From the NCBI RefSeq assembly GCF_000400465.1, contig NW_008806297.1, positions 1 through 30,454 on the forward strand: 30,454 bases of DNA, written 5' to 3'. A program made the translations under genes and the position numbers. The notes under the pieces were generated by a model, which did no database searches, was not told the DNA's origin, and was given only the letters and a program-made list of their open reading frames with translations. Source of the DNA: Wallemia ichthyophaga EXF-994. Taxonomy: Eukaryota; Fungi; Basidiomycota. Below are positions 21,851-30,454 of the stretch, piece after piece (position 1 is the stretch's first letter; each line of letters begins with the position of its first letter).

Positions 21851-23095
21851 ATGTCAGAATTCAGCCAGAAACTTAAAGCCCAGCTACTGCTATCCTTCAC
21901 TGCGCTAAATTTAACGAAAGCTATCGTCTTCGCAACGCAATATATGGCCGACATGAGGTAGATGGGATGGGGCAAAAAGCAAAAGCACTCTAACACAGCC
22001 ACTTAAGCCTCAAATTCTTTTACGGATGGGTCCCCTTGAACATCGTAAATCATCTCAAGTTGTCTCTGACTCCCAAATCAGCACTCGGGGTCTCACCAGA
22101 GCTATTTGGCTACTAAAGTGATTGAATTATGTTTTTAAAGGTTTGCTTTTTAGTTTTTTAGTCTTCTAATCACTGTTTAATTGACCCATTGAGTGGTGGA
22201 AAATTCTCACCAATTCAAACGAAGGAATGATTTGAGCGTTCGCTTATAAAGAAAATGCTTATGATAGAGGTGAAGGATATTAGCAAACATGTTGAAAAAA
22301 TTCCTTCACTGCTTTCCTCCGAAATTCAGAGGCACGTTGGTAATAGTCTTTTTTATCAGCATATTTATAGCTAAAACGTGTATCTTGGATTACCTTATAA
22401 AGACGCTGTAAATTTAAGTGGTTTAGCTACTCGGAAATTGCTAACATATCCACCTACAGCATATATTTCATTACCGGTGAACACACGCTGGGTTTAACAG
22501 ATTATGTCAGAATATTACTGTTTAAATCCAAATCAGAAATGGGTATCACTCCAGAGCAGCTCAGCTATCAAGATATCTAATATAGCTGCTTCTATTAATG
22601 TTGTTTTCACTTTTGTAGCAAAATACATACGTAACTCGTTGAGCAATTAATACAGCGGCTGAAGCTGATGATCTGTTTAGTTTTGCGGTGCTATAAATTT
22701 ATCTCAATATATTTTATTCAATTCAGTACTAACCTTACAACTTATATCTATATTTGAGATAGTTGAGAATTTTCACCATTTCAACCGAAGGAATGAGCGC
22801 GATTTGAAGTAATTGCACAAATTGAAAACACAATAACATTCCACAAAGTACAAATTACACAGCACACATCAAACGACAACCCAATTACTAGCAGAGATGC
22901 AAACATTGACAGAAGTACCGGTGAAACCTTAAAGACTGATTATTAGATTGGAATATTCTTCGTGGCTTATAACGGTATCACTAAGATATGAATGGAAGTA
23001 CCCGCGATATATACACACACACATCTAACACATTCTTCATGGACTATTTCAAAGCCACACCACCAGCAGATGCATGCAGCACCCGAAGAATAACT
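21851..23095 (+). pseudogene. Decayed spliced gene(s) of unknown, probably lineage-specific family
   Basis: ATG 21851 and a 35-codon exon, then a clean 41-nt intron (21958-21998, GTAGAT...CTAACACAG), then one frame to about 22650 with only about 6 internal stops and no frameshift. There is a perfect TACTAAC branch site at about 22727 and a further stop-poor stretch to about 23095. Confidence 0.5.
22202..22796 (+). repeat. Degenerate direct repeat pair, 22202-22230 and 22768-22796 (26/29 identical, extendable to about 50 nt)
   Basis: aattctcaccaattcaaacgaaggaatga versus aattttcaccatttcaaccgaaggaatga, 566 bp apart. The flanks align with one 1-nt and one 6-nt gap. Confidence 0.8.
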
Positions 23096-23192
23096 ATTTT
23101 AATAAATGAGCAGTGAATGAATTTTTTGTAATAAAAATACAATTTATATTGTTTGTTTAGTTAAGGTTTGTCGCTACTTCTAATTAGTTTAT

Positions 23193-25208
23193 CTACTCCT
23201 TCTTCTCCTCACCCTCTGGCTTCTGCTCGCCCTCGTTGGCCTGTCTGTTCTTGTAGACCTGTTCGAAGAGCTTAAGGGAAGCTTGTTGGGTCTCGTCGAT
23301 TTGGTTCTTGATGTCTTCCGAAGAAGTTTCCTCACCGCTTTGTGCCTTTGTGCCAATTTCTCTGAGCTTGCCGACAGATTCTCTGACCTTGTTTGCCTCC
23401 TCTTCATTAATTTGAGAGGCGAATTCACTGAGTGCTTTCTCAGTGTCGGTGGCAATTGACTCGGCTCTGTTAGCCATCTCGATGACGTTTCTACGCTCCT
23501 TGTCGGCTTCAGCGAATTTCTCACTCTCTTCAACCATAGAGCTGATCTCCTTCTCGGAGAGACCAGATGATGATGAGATGGTCATAGATTGATCCTTGTT
23601 TGTAGCTCTGTCCTTGGCGTTGACGTGAACAATACCATCAGCATCAATGTCGAAAGTGATCTCAATCTGTGGGACACCCTTTGGTGCTGGAGGGATACCG
23701 ACCAATTGGAAGTTGCCCAACATTTTGTTGTCTCTGACCAACTCTCTTTCACCCTGGTAGATCTTGACTTCGATGGCGCCTTGACCGTCAGCAGCGGTAG
23801 AGAAGACTTGAGACTTCTTGGTTGGGATGGTGGTGTTACGAGTAATGAGTCTGGTGAACACACCACCAAGAGTCTCGATACCAAGGGAAAGTGGGGTAAC
23901 ATCCAAAAGCAAGATATCAGTTACGTTACCAGCTAAGACACCACCCTGGATAGAAGCACCCATAGCAACAGCCTCATCTGGGTTGACACCCTTAGATGGG
24001 TCGCGACCGAAGGTACCCTTAACGGTTTCGTTGACCTTTGGCATTCTAGTCATACCACCGACCAAGATGACGTCGTTAATTTCTGATGACTTGACGCCTG
24101 CATCAGCGAGGGCCTTCTTGCATGGAGAGATGGTGCGCTCGACAAGTGGACCGACAATCTTCTCGAATTGAGAGCGGTTCATTTTGAGGTTAAGGTGCTT
24201 TGGACCAGAGGCGTCAGCAGTGATGTAAGGCAAGCTGACTTCGGTTTGTGAAGCGGAGGAAAGCTCAATCTTGGCCTTCTCGGCAGCCTCTCTGACACGC
24301 TGAACAGCCAATCTGTCCTTGGTGAGATCAACACCATCAGACTTCTTGAATTCACCAATGATGTGGTTGACGAGGGCGATATCAAAATCTTCACCACCAA
24401 GGTGAGTGTCACCGTTGGTGGACTTGACCTCAAAGACACCCTTTTGCATCTCGAGGATGGAGATATCGAAGGTACCACCACCTAAATCGTAGACAGCGAT
24501 GACACCAGACTCTTCTTTCTCTAAACCGTAAGCGAGAGCAGCGGCGGTTGGCTCGTTAATGACACGCATGACCTCGAGACCAGCGATAGTACCGGCGTCC
24601 TTGGTGGCTTGACGTTGTGAGTCGTTGAAGTAGGCAGGAACGGTAATGACGGCGTGTTTAACTGGCTTGCCGAGGTAGTTGGCAGCGGTCTCCTTCATCT
24701 TCTCAACGACGAAAGCACCAATTTGGGAAGGCGAGAACTTCTGGCCACGGGCTTCAACCCAGGCGTCGCCGTTGGAGTGAGGAACGATCTTGTAAGGAAC
24801 TTGGTCCAAATCGTTCTGAATTTCTTTGTCTGAGAATTTTCTACCGATCAGACGCTTAGTAGCGAAAAGCGTGTTCTCTGGGTTGACGACAGCCTGGCGC
24901 TTGGCAGGGACACCGACGAGTCTCTCGCCGTCCTTGGAGAAGGCAACGACGGAAGGCGTGGTGCGGCCACCCTCGGCGTTCTCGAGAACACGTGGGGTTT
25001 GTCCCTCCATGATACTGACACACGAGTTGGTTGTACCCAAGTCGATACCAGCCACTGGGCCAGTTGCGCGACCGTTGGATTGCAATCTGGTGGCGAGTTT
25101 CTGAGGCGGGTGAGTGGTGCGACAACCATGTGCAAATACACTCACAGGCGTGGCTACTGCCCTTGGGAATCTGCCAAATGTGCTTGAGCGGAGTGTGCGT
25201 GAGAGCAT
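23193..25208 (-). CDS. SSC1: Mitochondrial Hsp70 (about 656 aa after removing a 45-nt intron)
   Basis: [73 protein letters not shown], with a mitochondrial presequence. Likely in-frame intron 25101-25145 (GTGAGT...CTCAC...CAG). Confidence 0.97.
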   Translation of the reverse strand: MLSRTLRSSTFGRFPRAVATPVSVFAHGCRTTHPPQKLATRLQSNGRATGPVAGIDLGTTNSCVSIMEGQTPRVLENAEGGRTTPSVVAFSKDGERLVGVPAKRQAVVNPENTLFATKRLIGRKFSDKEIQNDLDQVPYKIVPHSNGDAWVEARGQKFSPSQIGAFVVEKMKETAANYLGKPVKHAVITVPAYFNDSQRQATKDAGTIAGLEVMRVINEPTAAALAYGLEKEESGVIAVYDLGGGTFDISILEMQKGVFEVKSTNGDTHLGGEDFDIALVNHIIGEFKKSDGVDLTKDRLAVQRVREAAEKAKIELSSASQTEVSLPYITADASGPKHLNLKMNRSQFEKIVGPLVERTISPCKKALADAGVKSSEINDVILVGGMTRMPKVNETVKGTFGRDPSKGVNPDEAVAMGASIQGGVLAGNVTDILLLDVTPLSLGIETLGGVFTRLITRNTTIPTKKSQVFSTAADGQGAIEVKIYQGERELVRDNKMLGNFQLVGIPPAPKGVPQIEITFDIDADGIVHVNAKDRATNKDQSMTISSSSGLSEKEISSMVEESEKFAEADKERRNVIEMANRAESIATDTEKALSEFASQINEEEANKVRESVGKLREIGTKAQSGEETSSEDIKNQIDETQQASLKLFEQVYKNRQANEGEQKPEGEEKKE

Positions 25209-25374
25209 CGTTGTTTGAATGCAAGGAGTGCGAGTATCTCAGGCTCAGGTGAGAAGACGGCAACGGTAAAATTCAATTTGAAATTTATTTGACGGCGTGA
25301 GGGCGTGCAGGCGCCTGGATTGTATTCTCTATATTCATTATACCTATACCCACTCCCGCCACATTCTCGCAAAC

Positions 25375-25389
25375 CTTCGTGAAGTTTCT
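25375..25389. promoter_or_regulatory. Heat-shock element (three perfect inverted nGAAn units) upstream of SSC1
   Basis: cTTCg-tGAAg-tTTCt lies about 170 bp upstream of the SSC1 ATG and matches the HSF1 consensus. Occupancy is not shown. Confidence 0.7.
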
Positions 25390-25472
25390 GCGTCTGAATC
25401 AAGTTAAAATCTTCCAAAGGTGCATCAAGGGCATAAAAAGGCATTAATCATTTCATTACAAAACACACGCTC

Positions 25473-27944
25473 TCACAAAGACTGCACCATCCTCTCGTCT
25501 GCGCTGCTTGTCCCGATTACGACGCTCGTCAGTCCCTCCTCCGGTCTTCTCCACTGGCGTTTCTCGCTGTGCCACGTGCTGAGGTCGTACAGGCTGAGCG
25601 TGAACTCTGCGCTCTTAGTCTGGCCTGGTTCCAGCACTACCTTGTTGAAGTCACGCAGCACTAGCGGTGGCTCGCCGCTCTCGCGCGGGAATTGCAAGTA
25701 AAGCTGGACAATTTCACCTCCTAGCACATCCCCTGTGTTGGTCACATCCACTGTCACCTTGTATGCTGGCTCGTGGAGCCATTCTTGCACAGACGCGCCT
25801 AGCATGTCTGCGTCGTAATCCGCGTGCTCCTCCAGATCCTGGTCCTGCACGCCCTCAATCGACAGCCCAGACAGCTCGAAAGTCGTGTAGCTGAGTCCAT
25901 GGCCGAATGGGAAACGCGGCTCAATGTTCTCCTGCTGGAAATGGCGATAGTCGACAAAGATTGACTCAGTGTAGTTGATCTGCGGGATCGGCGATGTGTC
26001 GTGGTAGACGACTTCAGTCTGGTGTTTTGAAGCGTGTTAGTTATCCGGGCGATTATACACGCGCGCACTCCGACTCACCCCGTAATCTTCGCGCTGCTTA
26101 GCCATCGTGAAGGGCAGCTTACCGGATGGGTTGAAGTAACCGAAGAGTACGTCCGTGATAGAGTTGCCGCTCTCCTGGCCCGGGAAACCAGCCCACAACA
26201 CAGCCGTCACGTTCGGATGCTCGATCCACGCCTCGACGTCGAGCTGTCCTGGGGCATGTATGACCACGATAGTGTTTGCATTCTTCTCGGCCACACTCTT
26301 CACCACCTCGTCGCCGTTATTCCACGCAGTCAGATTGTTCCTGTCGCCCTGGTTGCCCTGCACTGTGAGATACCCCTCACCACTATCCGAATTGACGAAG
26401 ACGAGTGCGGCGTCTTTACCGCTGACAACGCCCTCGAATACCTCATTGTTCACGTCCCAGTTGTTGAGCCAGTTGTCGACGCCGAACCCGTCCTGCGCGC
26501 CGCGCTCCTCGAGTGCCGCGAGCGGGTCGACGAGGTAGGGTAGTTTGACAGCGCCGCTTCCCCACCCCATAGCGAGGGTGCCGTCGACGCAAGCCTGGTC
26601 GACGCAGCCATTAGGTCCTTTAGCAGCAGGGCCAGCGTCATCGCCCACAACCGCGATCGCACCGAGGCTGTCGCCGTTGAGGGGGAGAGCGCCGTCGTTC
26701 TTCAAGAGCACCGTAGAAGCGGAACCAATCTCCTTAATAAGATCAGCGTGGTCGTGCGTCACGTCCTTCACAGGTCCATTTTCTCTACCTTTGCCGAAGA
26801 AATCAAAGTTGACTGGCGGGTACTCTCCCTCGTCTTGACCGAGCATAAACCACCCGGCCACAATACGCGTGGCCATATCGTCCACTCTCTCTTCAGGCAC
26901 GGTGCCGTTCGCGACGGCCTCTGTGAGGTTCGCACCGAAGTAGCTCCAGCCGGAGTAGAAGGTAGAGTCACCGGGCATGCTCATGTCGAGTCCACCGAGT
27001 GCCGACGGTGTACCCGAGTACTGTGCCTGCCAATCCGACTGCACATACCCCTGGAATGCCAGCTCACGCTTAAGGAGTCCGTTAAGAAGGTAGCTGTTCT
27101 CGCACGCGTAAGACTGCAGTACGTGGTTATACGAGCACATAACCGACGCAACGCCCGCCTGTACAGCGCGGAGATATGGGTGAAGGTAGAGTTCATGCGC
27201 GGCGCGTTCATCCAAATTGGAGGAGGATGTGGTACGATAATGTTCTTGGTTGTTGGCCAAGTAGTGCTTAGCTGTGGCTTGTACACCGGCGCTCTGAAGC
27301 CCCGATACAGTCTTGGCACCCATCTCGCCTATGACATAGGGATCGGCACCGAAACCCTCCCAGTTGCGTCCGCCTGTTGGTGCGCGCGCGAGATCGATGG
27401 ACGGGGAGAGGGCGACGTGCACCCCCTTCTCTTTAAACTCCACTCCCATAGCGTGTCCGCGAGCGCGTGCGAGGTTCTTGTCGAATGTGGCTGCCACATT
27501 GATGCCGGCAGGGAAAGCACTGGCACCGTCCACCTCTCGCACACCAAGCGGGCCATCCTGGAGACATATTCCGGGGAACACGTCGCGGATTGGTGCTATA
27601 TTGCCTACACATGGCCCATTACTCCACCCCACTCCCGTTGTTAGGTTGACGCGCTCTTCGATGCTCAGCGAATACACCAGGTCGCGCGCTTTGCCGGTGG
27701 CGGATGCCCAGTCACCTACACCAGGAGTTTGGGGTGTGGGGAAAACGTCGGGGTGTGTGGGGAGATGCTCACTGTCTCCATTGAATGCTACCGGTTTCAC
27801 CGTTGGTGGCTCCTCTCCTATGTCGGCAGGTGCATCGTTGTTAGCGGTAGGTGCATTTGGATTGGTTGCAGGTGCATCTGCACTTGTGTCTTGAGCTATA
27901 ACACTCGCTAAAGCTGCTGCGAGTACTGCTAATCTTACTTTCAT
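25473..27944 (-). CDS. Secreted GH3 beta-glucosidase with C-terminal Fn3-like domain (about 803 aa)
   Basis: Signal peptide MKVRLAVLAAALASVIAQ from ATG 27944. Contains CLQDGPLGVR, GGRNWEGFGADPY, AKHYLANNQE, VQSDW (nucleophile), DSGEGY (acid/base) and PSGKLPFT. A 60-nt phase-0 intron at 26019-26078 precedes the exon with FVDYRHF...PRFPFGHGLSYTTF. Confidence 0.95.
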
Positions 27945-28237
27945 CGTATTCGTCAGCGCTAGTGATTGGTCAAAGCTGGAGGTGCTGGATAACAATGCTT
28001 TTATTCACTCCGTTCACATGCTCGTATTCATGCGCTTGCATATTCATCTTCATATTCACGCTTGGTTTTAGTGCGGAATGCGCTCGGGCACGTGAACATC
28101 TCCATCGGTTCGAACGTCTTGAGTGAATGCATGTAATAGTACATGTGGTGTAATGAGTGGGTATATCGTTATGCCATTTTGGAATGCCATAAAGTGGGTC
28201 GCGTGCTGTGAATAGTGAGACATGAAAAACTTCACCT

Positions 28238-29174
28238 CTACCACTGGGCCCGGAAATCAGCATCAGGATCGCCATCGGCATCTTCGTCATCATCTGAGCT
28301 GAGAACAACGGCTTTGGGCTTACGTGAGCGTTTGTTGGGGAAGGAGAAGGAGGAGTCAGGGATGGAGGGGCGTTTAAGTGGGTAGGGGTCTGGACGTGAT
28401 TTGTTGGAGGGTGGAGAGGGAGAGCCTATTGTTTCAACGAATAGAGACGGGTCTATGGGGTGTTCTGGGTGTTCTGGGTGCTCTGAGTCAAAGAAAAGGC
28501 CACTGTTGAGATGTTTGTGAAGAGTGGCTGTAGATTCAGGGTGAGGATGTGAGGAGAGGGTGTAGTGGACATCGCTTAAAGAGAGACTGCGTGATTGAGA
28601 GTTATCGAGGGAGTCCTGGAGGATGTTTTTGAGGTAGAGAGCGAGAGAGGACTGGAGGTAGGGGATGCACTCGGGGTCCACACCGGAGAGGGAGTGGCTG
28701 GCAGACACGGCATTGAGCCTCGAGGCCAAGTTATCGGGCGATGGAAGCAACTTGGTCTCTGAGGATAGGGAAAAGTTGGAGTAGAGAGGGAGCGAGGGGA
28801 GAGCTTCAGCATGGTCACCGCCGCTGCCAACGAGCTTCTTAATGCGCTGTCTCTCTGGACCCGACAAAGAGCGTACAGCCTCAGATTCGAAGCCCAGGTG
28901 GAGCTGTGGCGGGGGAATATGATGGATAGGCTGCTTATTAAGGGAAGCATTATGAAGAATAGAGAGAATGAGATTGTTGTGTGAGTGTTCTGTGGCTGTT
29001 AGTGTATTTTCCAGCGCCTAAACTACACGTACTCAATGTCTCTGGCCAATTTTCACAAAACGAATGAAGCTGGTAGAGGTTGATGGCGCCTTGCAGGTAT
29101 TGGTTGAATAGGCCCAAATACTCCTTATTACCAAGGAGGAGATTTAAATTTTTATCAGAATCCAATTTGTCCAT
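28238..29174 (-). CDS. SAGA subunit Ada1/Hfi1-like protein
   Basis: L..LLG.KEYLGLFNQYLQGAI...|KHSHNNLILSILHNA (Tad1 N-domain pattern, via intron 28990-29032), then LPSPDNLASRLNAVSASHSLSGVDPECIPYLQSSLALYLKNIL (histone-fold-like). The 3' end is uncertain. Confidence 0.65.
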
Positions 29175-29217
29175 CGATTAGCTGTTGTCTCTTCAAGGAA
29201 GAACGTAAAATATTTAA

Positions 29218-30454
29218 ATGTCAAATCCATCAGATAATCCTGTGAATAACGCGTTTATATCTGGGTGTATCTATTAACATGCTTATCTAGATATTCGAAC
29301 ACCGTAGAGCTCACCTCTACGTCGGGAATCTATCTCCACGTGTCACCGAGTATATGCTCACTGAGGTGCGTCGACTTGCCCCGTTATTCCCCTCTAACAC
29401 CCTCCCAGATCTTCGCTGTCGCTGGTCACGTGCAATCCGTGAAAATTATCCCCGACAGGAACTTCAGCCACGGTGGTTTGAACTACGGCTTCGTCGAGTA
29501 CACAGACATGCGCGCTGCTGAAACCGCCCTTCAAACTTTAAACGGCAGAAAAATATTTGATACTGGTGCGTATTACCCTCCACACCCTCGCTCCACTCAC
29601 TCGCCGTAGAAATACGCGTAAACTGGGCTTATCAGGGCAACAACAAGCAGGAAGACACCACCAACCACTTCCACGTATTTGTCGGTGACCTCTCCCCAGA
29701 AGTCAACGACGAGATTCTCTCCAAGGCTTTCTCCGGCTTCAAATCCATCTCAGACGCCAGAGTCATGTGGGACATGAATACCGGCAAGTCCCGCGGCTAC
29801 GGCTTCCTCTCGTTTAGAGACAAGCCCGATGCCGAGTCTGCCATTTCCACTATGAACGGCGAGTGGCTCGGCAGCAGAGCCATCAGGGTCAACTGGGCCA
29901 ATCAGAAGACCCAGACTGGCTCCCACCGCCTCAACGACCTCATGCCCACAATGAATGCCTTCAACGGCCCTCTCTCGTACGAGGCCGTCTTTCAGCAGAC
30001 CCCTGCTTACAACACCACGGTGTATATCGGCAACCTCACCCCATACACCACCCAGGCTGATCTAGTTCCTATCTTCCAAGCATTCGGTTATATAATCGAG
30101 GTGCGTATGCAAGCTGACCGCGGCTTTGCTTTCGTCAAGATGGACTCCCACGAGAATGCCTCGATGGCGATTGTTCAGCTCCAAGGCACACTCATTCAAG
30201 GTCGTCCTATCAAGTGTTCCTGGGGCAGGGACAGAACGGCGAATGCAAACAATATGATGCAGCAGCAGAATGCACAGGCAGCAGCAGCAGCAGCCGCGGC
30301 AGCACAAGCAGCAGGTAGTGGTGGAGTAGATCCAACGCAGTTCAACGGCGCATATGGACAATTACCGATGTACAACCTGCCTCAGGTGCAGCCATACGGT
30401 GCTGCGCAGTTCGGCTACCCTCCTCAAGCTAACCCTGCTGCTGCTGCTGCTGCT
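29218..30454 (+). CDS. PUB1: Pub1/TIA-1-family three-RRM RNA-binding protein; runs off the right edge
   Basis: Introns 29242-29290, 29366-29408 and 29566-29609. HLYVGNLSPRVTEYMLTE|IFAVAG...LNYGFVEY, EIRVNWAYQ, FHVFVGDLSPEVND, ARVMWDMNTGKSRGYGFLSF, GEWLGSRAIRVNWANQKTQ, TTVYIGNL...DRGFAFVK, followed by a Q/A-rich tail. Confidence 0.93.
30277..30454 (+). repeat. GCA and GCT trinucleotide runs encoding poly-Ala in the PUB1 low-complexity tail
   Basis: gcagcagcagcagcagccgcggcagca at about 30277-30313, and at least (GCT)6 at 30437-30454, cut off by the window edge. Confidence 0.85.

Noticed and set aside
25040-25060. SSC1 GPVAGIDLG instead of the usual GPVIGIDLG
   Set aside because: This is a single conservative change before the phosphate-1 motif, and all catalytic motifs are intact.
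25473-27944. Bacterial horizontal transfer of the GH3 gene
   Set aside because: It has a typical fungal Cel3A-like architecture, a signal peptide and a canonical intron. High GC alone is insufficient.
1-30454. Transposons, LTRs/TIRs, rRNA, snRNA, CRISPR arrays or prokaryotic systems
   Set aside because: No transposase, RT or integrase motifs, terminal repeats, 5S or U-snRNA signatures, or spaced repeat arrays were seen. The DNA is clearly spliceosomal-intron fungal sequence.

Overview
This is eukaryotic, fungal DNA from a very compact, intron-rich basidiomycete-type genome. Introns are mostly 40-60 nt with GTGAGT/GTAAGT/GTGCGT donors and CTCAC/CTAAC/CTGAC branch sites, and several intergenic gaps are under 100 bp. 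That pattern suggests Wallemia, but this is an unverified inference. Splice-aware reading gives about 16 protein-coding loci. In order: a persulfide dioxygenase (ETHE1/Blh-type, minus strand, runs off the left edge, absent from the ORF track), an apparently damaged SSU1-type sulfite exporter, YVC1, HRP1-like, SYP1, Mei2-like, DUF3429/TMEM69, YAH1, CDC4, an OSCA/TMEM63 channel, FCF1, a candidate Pol I A14, SSC1, a GH3 beta-glucosidase, an ADA1/HFI1-like gene and PUB1/TIA-1 (runs off the right edge). There is also an intron-containing tRNA-Tyr(GUA), a perfect heat-shock element upstream of SSC1, and AT-rich gaps that look like decayed genes. The most interesting observation is the head-to-head pair of the sulfite-producing persulfide dioxygenase and the sulfite efflux pump, with ATGs 87 bp apart. 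It resembles bacterial PDO + sulfite-exporter operons but uses a different transporter family, and in this copy the pump has lost a helix-sized segment. All product calls come from motif recognition and recalled family consensus, not database searches.
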